From assembly GCA_965219955.1 (NCBI GenBank), contig OZ244799.1:2432001-2496000 (forward strand): DNA of 64,000 nucleotides. The letters are read 5' to 3'. Origin of the DNA: a bacterium. GTDB lineage: Bacteria > UBA8248. Under the pieces are notes generated by a model, which was given only the letters and a program-made list of their open reading frames with translations, did not search any database and had not been told where the DNA came from. Shown here one piece after another: positions 1 to 9,672 of this stretch (its first letter is position 1; the number at the start of each line of letters is the position of its first letter). A program made the translations under genes and the position numbers.

Positions 1-45
1 CAGAATGAGAAGATTCGCGTCGATGAAGTACCCAACAGGGGGCAT
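1..45 (-). CDS. PIN-domain protein, N-terminus only (runs off the window)
   Basis: ATG at 45 reads MPPVGYFIDANLLIL, a hydrophobic strand followed by D-x-N as at the start of PIN domains; 4 nt downstream of the 50-334 ORF. Confidence 0.55.
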   Translation of the reverse strand, partial: MPPVGYFIDANLLIL

Positions 46-49
46 CGAT

Positions 50-334
50 TTATTCAAAAACAGCAGGCAGGACGCGGTCCGTTACTGATGTCACGTGACC
101 GCTTTGCTTGTTGATGCTTACGACTTTATAGGAGCGCGCTTCGTGCTCTTTGCCGAACACGGTGGTCAATGTGCCCCGCTGAGACAGCGGGCGATAAAAA
201 CCGATGGTTATCTTCCATTCGCTTGACCCCAAGTCGAGATCAACTTCTTCAAGGCCGACACCCGTGATCGCCTCATCACCGAAGAGATCGATAATGTATT
301 CTTTCGCCGTTTGCACAGCTTCCTTCACTTCCAT
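50..334 (-). CDS. small hypothetical protein (94 aa), likely partner of the PIN protein
   Basis: AAGGAG RBS before ATG 334 (MEVKEAVQTAKEY); track start at 400 is probably too long. Confidence 0.7.
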   Translation of the reverse strand: MEVKEAVQTAKEYIIDLFGDEAITGVGLEEVDLDLGSSEWKITIGFYRPLSQRGTLTTVFGKEHEARSYKVVSINKQSGHVTSVTDRVLPAVFE

Positions 335-430
335 TGGAGTCTCCTTTTCGTTATCGGGTCCTCCAAGGATAGACATAACACGGCTAGAAGGCATGGACAA
401 GGAAACCGCCCTGTGCGACAGGCTCGCCCC

Positions 431-2197
431 CTACCACCCCACCGCGTAGGACTCGCGCCTCGGGTCGGCTCCTGCGAGCAGGAAGCCCGTCTCGGGGTCC
501 TTCACGATCGCGCAGACGCTGCCGGGCGGCCAGCTGAAATCGGGCCACGAACCCATCTTGTAGCCCATCCCGGTGAGCGCGCCGCCTGCGTCGCTCAAAA
601 GACGCGCCTCCGCCCGCGCGCTCGCGGGTTCGTAAGCATGGGGCCAGAAGGAGTTGGGGAAATTGGCGGTGGCCGCCCTCGGCGCTTCGATCGCCATCTG
701 CGGCAGCATTTCGAACAGGACGTGGTTCAGGAACACCTGCAGCATGGCCTGGGGCTGGACGTCGCCGCCCGGTGTGCCCAGCGTCATGTAGAACGCGCCG
801 TCTTTTAGCGTCAGGGCGGGGTTCGGCGTGAGCCGGGGCCGCTTCCAGGGCGCCAGGCAGCTCGGATGGGCCGGGTCGAGCCAGCTTTGGGAGCCGCGCC
901 CCGAGACGGTCGCTCCCACGCCCGGAACGAAGGGCATGGAGTTCGCGGGGTCCGAAGGCGTGCAGGAGAAGGCGTTTCCCTCCGAATCCACCGCCGTGCA
1001 GTAGGAGGTGTCGTGCTGGTATTCGGGCGCAGCCTCTTCGGGAACACGGTGCGCGCCGTCATACCTCCACGGATGGGCGCCCCCCTGTTGCGCCCAGGGG
1101 TCTCCGGGTTCGGGCATGTCGGCGAAAGCCTTATCCATATCTACGCGCTCCGCCTGCTTTGCGGCGTATTCTTTGGAGAGAAGGCCGTCTATGGGCACGT
1201 CCACGAACTCGGGATCCCCGATGAAGGCCTCCCTGTCCGCAAACGCGAGGTTGAGCGCACTCATGAGGGCGTGGAGGTAGCCCGGAGAATTATGGCCGAG
1301 AGCCAACAGGTCGAAGTTGGAGAGGATGTTCATCGCCTCCAGCAGCGTCGGGCCCTGGCACCACGGGCCGCAGGCGTAGACCTCGTGCCCTAGGTATTCC
1401 GTAACCACAGGCTCTTCTTCGAGCACGTGGAAATCGGCGAGATCGTTCAGGGTCATCAGGCCACCCTCTCGCTGGATGAAATCGACCATCAACCGCGCCG
1501 TCTCCCCGGTGTAGACCTCATCGCGCGCCGCGCGCACGCCCCCGGCGCGACCGCCGCCCGCTCTTTGCTCCGCGCGCACCATGCGCCGCATCGTCCCGGC
1601 CAGATCGGGAATCCGCACCCGCCCGCCCACGGGGATGAGGTCGCCGGCGGGAAAATAGACGGGCCGCGTCGATTCCCAGCGGTAGTAGTCTTGTTCGGCC
1701 GATTTGATGTGCTCGTACATGAAATGGTGCATGGGAAAACCATCTTCGGCCAGGGAGATGGCGTCTCCGGCGACTTCGGCGAAAGTCATCGTGCCGTAGC
1801 GCGCAAGCGCCGTGAGCCATGCGTCTATCGCAGCGGGGGTGACGGCGCGGCGCACGCCTGCGGGAATCTCGCCGCCGCAGTTTTTCTCGAACCACTCGAT
1901 AGAGGCCGCCTTGGGCCAGCGGCCGAGCCCGCTGATGGTGAGGACGCGGCGCTCTTTCGCCAGATAGATAATCGTGGGCGCGACGCCCAGGAACGACACC
2001 ATGTCGGAGTGGAGGACGCTCAGGCAGATACCGGCGGCGACGCCGGCGTCTATCGCGTTGCCTCCCTTCTCCAGGATCCTCAGGCCCGCCTGGCTCGCGT
2101 AGTGATGGCCGGAGGCGACCATCGCCTCGCGCGCGCTCACCTGCGGCCTGTGGGAGATGTATTCACGTCCTTCGGGGGTGGTGTGGCGAAACGCCAT
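431..2197 (-). CDS. ggt: gamma-glutamyltransferase family protein
   Basis: GGNAIDAGVA, nucleophile region HDTSYCTAVD, GTPGGDVQPQ, C-terminal GADPRRE; GAGGAGG RBS before ATG 2197. Confidence 0.93.
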   Translation of the reverse strand: MAFRHTTPEGREYISHRPQVSAREAMVASGHHYASQAGLRILEKGGNAIDAGVAAGICLSVLHSDMVSFLGVAPTIIYLAKERRVLTISGLGRWPKAASIEWFEKNCGGEIPAGVRRAVTPAAIDAWLTALARYGTMTFAEVAGDAISLAEDGFPMHHFMYEHIKSAEQDYYRWESTRPVYFPAGDLIPVGGRVRIPDLAGTMRRMVRAEQRAGGGRAGGVRAARDEVYTGETARLMVDFIQREGGLMTLNDLADFHVLEEEPVVTEYLGHEVYACGPWCQGPTLLEAMNILSNFDLLALGHNSPGYLHALMSALNLAFADREAFIGDPEFVDVPIDGLLSKEYAAKQAERVDMDKAFADMPEPGDPWAQQGGAHPWRYDGAHRVPEEAAPEYQHDTSYCTAVDSEGNAFSCTPSDPANSMPFVPGVGATVSGRGSQSWLDPAHPSCLAPWKRPRLTPNPALTLKDGAFYMTLGTPGGDVQPQAMLQVFLNHVLFEMLPQMAIEAPRAATANFPNSFWPHAYEPASARAEARLLSDAGGALTGMGYKMGSWPDFSWPPGSVCAIVKDPETGFLLAGADPRRESYAVGW

Positions 2198-2330
2198 GGG
2201 GGTCCTCCTCATCCAAGGAGTTCAGAGTAGCCGCCATCTTGCCAGATGTGTTCCGGGGAGCGCAAAGAGCCGGTTCCGATTGAGGAAGGAGGGACTGCAG
2301 ACTGAGGAGGGAATCAATTCTCAGCGAAGA

Positions 2331-2464
2331 GGGGTTGTTGAAATAGCTTCGACAAACGAGGGTTTGACTCGGCCGGGGAGGGGGTTGTAGGGGCCGCATA
2401 TATGCGGCCCTTGCAGTGGGTGCGAAAAACCCAGGGTCGCATATATGTCGGACATATATGTCCG
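2331..2464. repeat. MITE-like left terminus plus GTAG-type REP palindromes (IS target)
   Basis: GGGGTTGTTGAAATA at 2331; GTAG+GGGCCGCATATATGCGGCCC at 2387-2410; interrupted palindrome at 2447-2464. Confidence 0.8.
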
Positions 2465-2519
2465 TATATGGACGCCCACGAGAATGCAAGCGGTTTTTGG
2501 GGAGGGTTCGGCGCAAAGC

Positions 2520-2700
2520 GGTTCGGCTCAGTCGTATATCCGGCCTCTTCGTTGCGGCGCTTTACTCTGGCCGCGGGCCCGTATGGAGATAGGTGGACCG
2601 GGTCCAAATCGACCTGGTGAGCTCGGTGGCTCTGGACATATATCTGGTTTTCCCGGTCCCGTCTCGATGACCGTTTGCCCTTACCCTTCCTCCGGCCTGC
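2520..2700 (-). ncRNA. putative bridge RNA / seekRNA of the IS110 element (ends approximate)
   Basis: segments at 2634-2643 and 2610-2615 match the target flanks; segments at 2583-2588 and 2533-2539 match the circle junction. Confidence 0.8.
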
Positions 2701-2736
2701 TCACATTCCTCCCGGCTCTATCCGTGCGCCCGCCGC

Positions 2737-3762
2737 TCAGGCGAGGGGCGCCGGCTCCCTGTAGACATCCTTGTTCCGCATCAGCGCCCACGCGATGCGC
2801 GCCATCCGGTTCGCCAGCGCCACCGCCACCACCTTCCTCGGCTTGCGCGCCAGCATCCGCGCCAGCCACGGACACGGCGGCTTCCGGCGACGCCCCGCCC
2901 AGCGTATCTCCGACATCGCGCCCGATATCAACAGACGCCTCACGTCGCGCTGGCCCATCTTCGACATGCCCCCCAGACGGGGCTTGCCCCCCGTGGAGTG
3001 CTGCCGGGGAACCAGACCCAGCCAGGCCGAGAAGTCACGGCCCCGACGGAAGTTCTCCACCGGCGGCGCGAACGCCCGGATCGCCGACGCCGTAATCGGA
3101 CCAACACCCGGGATGCTCATCAGACGCCGCGCCTCCTCGTCCGCGTATGCGCTCGCCCGGAGCCGTCCGGTCAACTCCCGGACCTTCGCATCGAGGCCGC
3201 CAATCTGGGCGAGCAGAATCCCGCCCAACTCGCGGACCTCCTCGGGCAGGCCCGATTCCGCTCCCCGAACCGCCGCCGCCAGCCGTGTGAGGCCCACGGG
3301 CCCTTGCCGCTCGACGACCCCGAACTCCGCCAGGTGGCTGCGCAGCGCGTTGCGCGCCTGCGTGCGCTGACCCACCAGCAAATCCCGCGTGCGGTACTCC
3401 ATCCCACACCCCTGCTGCGCTTCGCTCTTCACCGCCACGAAGCGCATCGTCGCCCGGGTGGCCGCCTCGCAAATGGCCTCCGCATCCGCCGCGTCGTTCT
3501 TGTGGCGCTTCACGTAGGGCTTCACGTAGACCGGCGGCATGAGCCGAACCTCATGGCCGAGCTTGCCGACCTCGCGCCCCCAGTAGTGCGCGCTCGCGCA
3601 CGCCTCCATCGCCACCACGCATCGAGGCTGCGACGACAGAAACTCCAGCACCTTCGCCCGCGTCAGCTTCTTGCGGAACGCGACCCGCCCGTCCGCCCAC
3701 GCGCCGTGGAGTTGAAAACTGTGTTTCGCCAAGTCGACCCCGATGATGTAGACTCCTCCCAT
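2737..3762 (-). CDS. IS110-family transposase/recombinase (341 aa)
   Basis: DEDD motifs GVDLAK, MEAC, KNDAADAEAI; C-terminal domain IPGVG, GLVPRQHSTGG; GGAAGGAG RBS before ATG 3762. Confidence 0.96.
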   Translation of the reverse strand: MGGVYIIGVDLAKHSFQLHGAWADGRVAFRKKLTRAKVLEFLSSQPRCVVAMEACASAHYWGREVGKLGHEVRLMPPVYVKPYVKRHKNDAADAEAICEAATRATMRFVAVKSEAQQGCGMEYRTRDLLVGQRTQARNALRSHLAEFGVVERQGPVGLTRLAAAVRGAESGLPEEVRELGGILLAQIGGLDAKVRELTGRLRASAYADEEARRLMSIPGVGPITASAIRAFAPPVENFRRGRDFSAWLGLVPRQHSTGGKPRLGGMSKMGQRDVRRLLISGAMSEIRWAGRRRKPPCPWLARMLARKPRKVVAVALANRMARIAWALMRNKDVYREPAPLA

Positions 3763-3839
3763 GGTCGTCTCCTTCCGGGCGGTGTGTGACGTCGTCTCGC
3801 CACATTCTAATCCGCCGGAAGGAGGCGTCCACCCCATCG

Positions 3840-4120
3840 ACCTACACACGAACAAATTTTCCCTCTCTGATTTTTTCAACAGCCCCTTGTCAGGGGGGGT
3901 AGGGGGGGGTGGTTTTCAAGGCGAGGGAGGCGTCCCCTCTACCCCTGAAAAAGTCAATCTCGGTCGGCTCCGACACCGGAATGACGAGCAAAGCCGCAAG
4001 GGCTGTAGGGACAGGCCTCCGTGCCTGTCCGAAACCCTGAAAAGGACAACCACGGAGGGTTGTCCCTACAACCGCAACACCGACCAACGGGGGGTTTTTC
4101 AACAACCCCGACAAGGGGGG
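3840..4120. repeat. palindromic repeat cluster with two MITE-like right termini
   Basis: TTTTTCAACAGCCCC at about 3872 and TTTTTCAACAACCCC at about 4095; GTAG-REP pair at about 4005-4069; CCCCTTGTCAGGGGG hairpin. Confidence 0.75.
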
Positions 4121-4141
4121 GTTGCCTCTCAAAGCGAGAGC

Positions 4142-5044
4142 TTACGCCGTGGCTTGCTCCACGAACCGCATATCCACGGCCTGCTCGTAGGAAACGCCCG
4201 TCTCTATCAGCCCGCCGCTCAGGCACGCGTCCCGCAGCCATTCGAAACTCTCCTGCGCGAGATATGGGTTCCGGTTCCAGAGGCCCAGGCTCTTGTAGCG
4301 CGCGATGGCCTGAGTCAGAAGGTCTGGGTCCATCTCCTCGAACCAGGACTTCACGAGGGAGGCGACGGCTTCCGCGTCGTTCTCCGCGATCCAGCGCTCG
4401 GCCCTCGCCATGGCGCGTGTCATGCCGAGGGCGGATTCGGGCTGCTCCCGCAGGAACGATCCCGGCGCATAGAACGCCGTATAGGTCGTAAGCCCCCGCT
4501 CCGCCGCCTGATACCAGATATGGCCCGCGCCTTCACGGATCAACTCCTCGGCGAATGGCTGAAACACCTGGATGACGTCGGCATCGCCCGCGCGCAGGGC
4601 GTCCGCGTTCTCGCCCATCGTCCGGTCCGGGATTCTGTTCAGGGCATCCGGGTCCAGCCCCGCCAGGCGCAGGTCGTGCTGCAAACACATCCAGGGGGTG
4701 GGCACCTCGCTCACCGTGGCGACCTTGGGACCCGCCAGATCGCTCATCCGAAATCCTGCGTTCGGCTCGCGACCGATCAGGAAAAACGGGTCGCGGCAGA
4801 CGACCTCGCAGAACACCTTGAGGTCGCAGTCCGGGTCCTTGTCGTACGCCACCAGGACGCGCATGGGGCCGCCCCAGCTCACCTGCGCCTCGCCGGACAT
4901 GAGCAGTTCCGCGTTCCGGGCGGGGTCGGGCGACGTCTCGATGCGAACGTCGGCGCCCGCCTCCTCATAGGCTCCCAGGGAGAAGGCGGCGTAGAACGGC
5001 GTGTAGAAAACGGCCCTGAAATTCTCGAGCAGCGTGATACTCAC
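4142..5044 (-). CDS. ABC transporter substrate-binding protein, NMT1/THI5/SsuA-like
   Basis: ENFRAVFYTPFY, WGGPMR, DLAGPKVAT, FQPFAE patterns; no evident signal peptide. Confidence 0.8.
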   Translation of the reverse strand: MSITLLENFRAVFYTPFYAAFSLGAYEEAGADVRIETSPDPARNAELLMSGEAQVSWGGPMRVLVAYDKDPDCDLKVFCEVVCRDPFFLIGREPNAGFRMSDLAGPKVATVSEVPTPWMCLQHDLRLAGLDPDALNRIPDRTMGENADALRAGDADVIQVFQPFAEELIREGAGHIWYQAAERGLTTYTAFYAPGSFLREQPESALGMTRAMARAERWIAENDAEAVASLVKSWFEEMDPDLLTQAIARYKSLGLWNRNPYLAQESFEWLRDACLSGGLIETGVSYEQAVDMRFVEQATA

Positions 5045-5054
5045 TTGAACCTCC

Positions 5055-6278
5055 TCAAAGAATCGGCGCGAGAGTTTTTGACATCAGTTCGCGCTCGTCG
5101 ATTTCGAACACCTCCGCCAGCCAGTCGGCGGGTATCTCCTGGCCGATGGTGGGGTTGTCGTGCTGGCAGTGGTCGGCGCCCGTCTCCTCCTCGTCGACGA
5201 GCCTGAGCGTTACGTTTACTCCGGCGTCTTTCGCAGCGTCATACACCCTGCGCGCCTGGGCCACGCCGAGCACGTCGTAGCCCCCGTGAACGATGAGGTA
5301 GGGGCACTTCATGCGCTCGATGTGTCCCTCCAGCGTGAAGGGCGCGAGCTTCTCGACGGCTTCTTTCATGCTCGCTGCGCCGAACACCCACTTGATGGAA
5401 TCGGCGAGGCGGTGATCCTCGTCCGCATCGCGCCAAGTGTCATAAAGGCTCCACCCGGCGGTGTGGGAGACGGCGGCGGCGAGCCTGTGCTCGTAACAGG
5501 CCGCCCGCGCGGCGAAATGGCCCCCGATACCCCCGCCCAGAACGGCGACCCGCGAGGCGTCCACGTCCCCTCTGGCTTCCAGATAGTCGATGCAGCGGCC
5601 CACGGGAACCTCGTAGTCGTGGCGGCTGGTGATGCCCCCTCTTCTCAGCGTGCCGCCCTGGCCGGGGCCGTCCACCATGAGGGTCGATATGCCGCGCTGC
5701 AGGAACCCCCGCCCCGCCATGAACCACATCTCGTCCTTGTAGGCGTCCAGGCCGCCGAAGCAGATGAGAGCGGGCTGTCTTTCCACGCGAAAGGGCGCGG
5801 GCACAAAATAGGCGTCCAGATGCGCGCCGTCCTCGTAGGGAACCCGCACGACCTCGCCGGGAGGGGTCAAGTGGCTCAAAAACGCCTTCGAGCACGCCTC
5901 CACCTTCTCGAAAGTCTCCAGCCTGCGCGGATCATCCGACGCGAGCCAGAACTCCGCGCTCCGGTAGTAATCGGCCGCGCGCAGCCAGCAGTTTCGCGCC
6001 GTCTGGATGCGCCCCGCCGATGCGGCCTCATCGCCGCGCGCGCGGTTGCGATCCCCCACGCGGGTCCATTCGACGTGCCAGCTCTCGTTGTCGCCGGGCG
6101 TCATGCGGCTCGCGGCCTGAAAGCACTCGCTGATGGAGCCGCCGCCCTCCTGGGTCTCGCCGAGGGCGCGCCGGAACTGGTAGGACATCCACGGATGCTC
6201 GGGCCAGTGGTGCCAGCCGTAGGGTTCGTAGTGCGGCCCCCGGGATTCGTCGATCCGGTCGATCGCTTTTTCTTCCAT
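5055..6278 (-). CDS. alpha/beta hydrolase (2,6-dihydroxypseudooxynicotine hydrolase / FrsA-like) with Gly at the nucleophile position
   Basis: RAADYYRSAEF, GGLDAYKDE, DGPGQG, GADHCQ; elbow reads LGGGIGG. Confidence 0.85.
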   Translation of the reverse strand: MEEKAIDRIDESRGPHYEPYGWHHWPEHPWMSYQFRRALGETQEGGGSISECFQAASRMTPGDNESWHVEWTRVGDRNRARGDEAASAGRIQTARNCWLRAADYYRSAEFWLASDDPRRLETFEKVEACSKAFLSHLTPPGEVVRVPYEDGAHLDAYFVPAPFRVERQPALICFGGLDAYKDEMWFMAGRGFLQRGISTLMVDGPGQGGTLRRGGITSRHDYEVPVGRCIDYLEARGDVDASRVAVLGGGIGGHFAARAACYEHRLAAAVSHTAGWSLYDTWRDADEDHRLADSIKWVFGAASMKEAVEKLAPFTLEGHIERMKCPYLIVHGGYDVLGVAQARRVYDAAKDAGVNVTLRLVDEEETGADHCQHDNPTIGQEIPADWLAEVFEIDERELMSKTLAPIL

Positions 6279-6436
6279 CAGAAAACCCTCCCCTGCGGTA
6301 TGCCTGGAATGGTGGAGCGTCCGCCCGGTCGGCGGATGAGAGACGACCCCCGCGCGAGCGGAAGTGAAATCAGCTGGTGAGCAATACTCCAAACGACCTT
6401 GCATGAATCAAGCAGCCCCTGAAGCTGCCCAATCCC

Positions 6437-8410
6437 CTATGCGGAAGCGGCGCCTCCGGCCACGGGGGCGGGCGTGGGCTCTCCCTCCTCGGCGAGGCGT
6501 CTTCTCTGCAGGATGAAAACCGCGCCCAGCATGATCGCGCCCGCCAGGTGGTTCAGGTAGCCCGGCCAGAACAAAAGCCCCGCCGCCAGGAACAAAAACC
6601 CGCGCATCGGGGCCGAGAAGGGGAAATACATGAACCCGACCATGGCGGCGGCGAGCGCCTGGAAGCCGAGAAGCCCCGCGGCGAAAGTCTCCAGCGAGAG
6701 CCAGGGCTGCCGGATCAGCAGGATCGGTGTGAAGGCGAACATCAGGGGCACGATATACATGCCCTTCGCCGTGCGGAAAGACGCCCAGGCGGCCTTCGCC
6801 GGGTTGGCGTCCGCTATGCCCGCCGCCGTATAGGCGGGCACGCATACAGGGGGCGTGAAACAACTGTCCAGGCTGTACCAGAACACGATGAGATGCGCGC
6901 CGAGGAGCGAGAGCTTGAACGGCTCGCCGAGTTCCAAGAGCGCGGGCACGGCCATGACGGACAGGACGATGTAGGCCGCGCTCGTCGGAAGCCCCATGCC
7001 GAGAACGAACGAGGCTACGCCCACCAGGAGGATGCCCAGGAACAGGCTGTCGTTCGCCATGTTCGTGACCAGGGAGGAGAACTTGAGGCCGAGACCCGTC
7101 TGGAAGAGCGCCCCCATGATGATGCCCACCGCCCCCACCGCCGCGCAGATGGGCAGCGACTGAATGGCGCCCTTCTCGAGCGCGAGGACGATGTTCCAAA
7201 GGCCGCGGCCTATTTCACCTGCGACTTCCGGGAGGCTCGTCCCCTCCCTTCTGGCCTTTTCCAGCAAGACGAGGGCGCCCTTGAGCCCCGCCAGGAGCAC
7301 GACGGAGAGGATGCCGGCGAGACCCGCCAGGGGGACGGTTCTGCCCGTCATGAGAATCCCGAGTATTACGAGCGGAGGCAGGAGGTAGAACCATCCGTCC
7401 TTCATGATGGGTCCCAGAGGGGGTATCAAATCCCTGGGCATGCCGACCAGGCCCCCTTTTCTCGCTTCCAGATGCACGGTTGCGTACACGGAGAAGAAAT
7501 ACAAAACAGCGGGGAGAACCGATACCTTCACGATCTCCCAATACGATATGCCGGTAAACTCCACGATCAGGAACGCCGACGCCCCCATGACGGGCGGCAT
7601 GATCTGCCCGCCCGTGGAGGCCGCCGTCTCGATGGCCGCCGCCGTCTCGGGCTTGAAGCCGGTACGCTTCATCATCGGGATGGTGAACGAACCCGTGGTG
7701 ACCACGTTCGCGTTCGCGCTGCCCATGATGGTGCCCGTCATGGCGCTGGCGAAAACCGCCGCCTTCGCCGGCCCGCCGCGCAGCCTGCCGGCGATCGACA
7801 CGGAGAGCTTCACGTAGAAATCGGCCGCCCCCATGCGGTCGAGGAACGCGCCGAAGAGGATGAACAAGAAGATGTAGACCGAAAAAACGCTTAAAGGAGC
7901 CGTCCACAGACCGTCGTAGGTAAAATACTGGTGATCGACGATGTGCATATAGGGGGCCCCTTTGTGCGCCAGATACCCGGGGAAATAGGGCCCGAAATAC
8001 GAGTAGACGATAAACATGAACGATATAAACGGCAACGCCAGGTTGATGGTCCTTCGCGCGGCCTCCCAGGTGAGCACCAGTACCGCCGTGCCCAGGAACA
8101 TATCCATGGGTTCGAGCGGATCGACGTAATACAGGCGATCCAGAAAATAATCGGTATAGAGTATCGGATAGGCGATGGAGGTGACCGCCAGGAGGCAGAT
8201 GGCGGCCGTCACGACGGCGCGCCACCAGCCTCCCGCGGGTTTTCGGTAGACGATGAATATCAGGGTCATCCCGAACAGAAACGAGAGCGCCCTCTGGTAC
8301 AGCGGCTCATACCCTCCCGTGTAGGCTATCTGAATATGATAGACGGACATCCCGACCGCTATCGCCAGGACGAGCCAATCCAGAGGAGTTCTTTGCTTGT
8401 TATCGTTCAC
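6437..8410 (-). CDS. TRAP transporter 4TM/12TM fused permease
   Basis: GGPAKAAV, ASTGGQIMPPVMG, LGMGLPT, TPPVC motifs; many TM helices. Confidence 0.95.
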   Translation of the reverse strand: MNDNKQRTPLDWLVLAIAVGMSVYHIQIAYTGGYEPLYQRALSFLFGMTLIFIVYRKPAGGWWRAVVTAAICLLAVTSIAYPILYTDYFLDRLYYVDPLEPMDMFLGTAVLVLTWEAARRTINLALPFISFMFIVYSYFGPYFPGYLAHKGAPYMHIVDHQYFTYDGLWTAPLSVFSVYIFLFILFGAFLDRMGAADFYVKLSVSIAGRLRGGPAKAAVFASAMTGTIMGSANANVVTTGSFTIPMMKRTGFKPETAAAIETAASTGGQIMPPVMGASAFLIVEFTGISYWEIVKVSVLPAVLYFFSVYATVHLEARKGGLVGMPRDLIPPLGPIMKDGWFYLLPPLVILGILMTGRTVPLAGLAGILSVVLLAGLKGALVLLEKARREGTSLPEVAGEIGRGLWNIVLALEKGAIQSLPICAAVGAVGIIMGALFQTGLGLKFSSLVTNMANDSLFLGILLVGVASFVLGMGLPTSAAYIVLSVMAVPALLELGEPFKLSLLGAHLIVFWYSLDSCFTPPVCVPAYTAAGIADANPAKAAWASFRTAKGMYIVPLMFAFTPILLIRQPWLSLETFAAGLLGFQALAAAMVGFMYFPFSAPMRGFLFLAAGLLFWPGYLNHLAGAIMLGAVFILQRRRLAEEGEPTPAPVAGGAASA

Positions 8411-8434
8411 GCTCTCGCCTCTTTTCCGGGATAA

Positions 8435-9418
8435 TTACATCGAACCCCCGACTTCCTTGTAGAAACGCTTGGCGCCCTCATGCAGGGGTATCCCGACGTT
8501 CTTGCCCGCTTTTTTGGGGTCCCACCTCTTGTAGATCTTGTGGACGCCGCCGAGGAACTTCTGCTCGTCTTTCGCTATCTTGAGGATCGAATAGACCACG
8601 TCGGCGCTCATCTTGGTCGTGGTGAACAGGACGCCCGAAAGCCCCATCGAGTCCTTGGGATTGGGGTTGCCCTTATAGATGCCGCCGGGGATCTGGCAGG
8701 GCGTGAAGCCGTGGCCCGCCAGCAGCTTCTTCACGTCATCCGCCATGTCCAGGAACACGAGGTTCCGGCCCAGGGCCGCCTGGATGCCCGCGCCGTTGGG
8801 GTCGCCCGAATTGTGGAAGTAGAAATCGATCTGGCGCGCCCGGATCGCGCGCGACATGCCGCCCGCTCCCGGGAAGGTGAGTTTGTAGCCGCGCTTGGTG
8901 AGCTCCTTGTAGCTCGTCCCGTAATGCTTGACGATCATGCTCGCGATGTACTCCGTGCTGGTTCCCTTCTTGGCCGGGGCCAGCTTCATCGGCTTCTTCG
9001 ACTTGATGATGTCGCCCCAGGTCTTGATGCCGGCGTCATAGAGCTCCTTGGCGGCGTACTGGTGGTAGCACGAATCCCAGAAAGCGGCGATGCCACGGAG
9101 GTCCTTGTACGCTTTCTTGTAGGGCGTCTTTCCGGCCATCGCGGCGCCGGCGAAGTTCGAGAACGAGTAGCCGAAATCAGCGCCTCCACCTCCCACGCGC
9201 GCCGGGTTCGCGCGCCCGCCGCCGGGCGCCACGTTGAGGATGATCTTTTTCTGTTTCCTGTTGACGATTTCGCTGAGGCCCGCGCCCAGCCTGCCCATCG
9301 TGCCGCCCAGGCTGCCGACCGCGAGGTCGTATTTCGCGGGCGCGGCGTAGGCGTCGCCCACCGCCAGGAACGGCAGGGTGAGGGCGAGAATTCCGAACAT
9401 CATGACGATTCTCTTCAT
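8435..9418 (-). CDS. TAXI-family TRAP solute receptor
   Basis: signal peptide, GSLGG, C-terminal IPLHEGAKRFYKE; adjacent to the fused permease; AGGAG RBS. Confidence 0.9.
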   Translation of the reverse strand: MKRIVMMFGILALTLPFLAVGDAYAAPAKYDLAVGSLGGTMGRLGAGLSEIVNRKQKKIILNVAPGGGRANPARVGGGGADFGYSFSNFAGAAMAGKTPYKKAYKDLRGIAAFWDSCYHQYAAKELYDAGIKTWGDIIKSKKPMKLAPAKKGTSTEYIASMIVKHYGTSYKELTKRGYKLTFPGAGGMSRAIRARQIDFYFHNSGDPNGAGIQAALGRNLVFLDMADDVKKLLAGHGFTPCQIPGGIYKGNPNPKDSMGLSGVLFTTTKMSADVVYSILKIAKDEQKFLGGVHKIYKRWDPKKAGKNVGIPLHEGAKRFYKEVGGSM

Positions 9419-9672
9419 TTTTCCTCTCCTTGAAGAAGTGACGTAAAACTCCGATGAAGCGGTTCGAAGACTCCTGCTCATCAAGAAGCGCCCCGGCGAG
9501 AACGAACCCTCTCGCCGCGTTCTCAACGAGCGCTCTTTTCTGTATGCTTGGGCGTGAATCTTACAGACGGGAGCGTTTCGCTGTCAATGAAACTCGGGCG
9601 TCGAGCGAGCGTTTGAATCTGGCAATCCGGAGCGACCCGAAAAAACCGTTTTCTTCGACAAGGAGCAGAAAC

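Larger units (their letters stand above)
2465..3839 (-). mobile_element. complete IS110-family insertion sequence, IS1111 group
   Basis: sub-terminal inverted repeats ATGGACGCCC (2468-2477) and GGAGGCGTCCAC (3821-3832); CG core at both junctions (2463-2464, 3838-3839); long non-coding end 3' of the transposase; removing the element restores a perfect palindrome. Confidence 0.92.

Noticed and set aside
3763-3879. Longer transposase start given by the track
   Set aside because: Extends beyond the IS end at 3839; the RBS supports ATG 3762.
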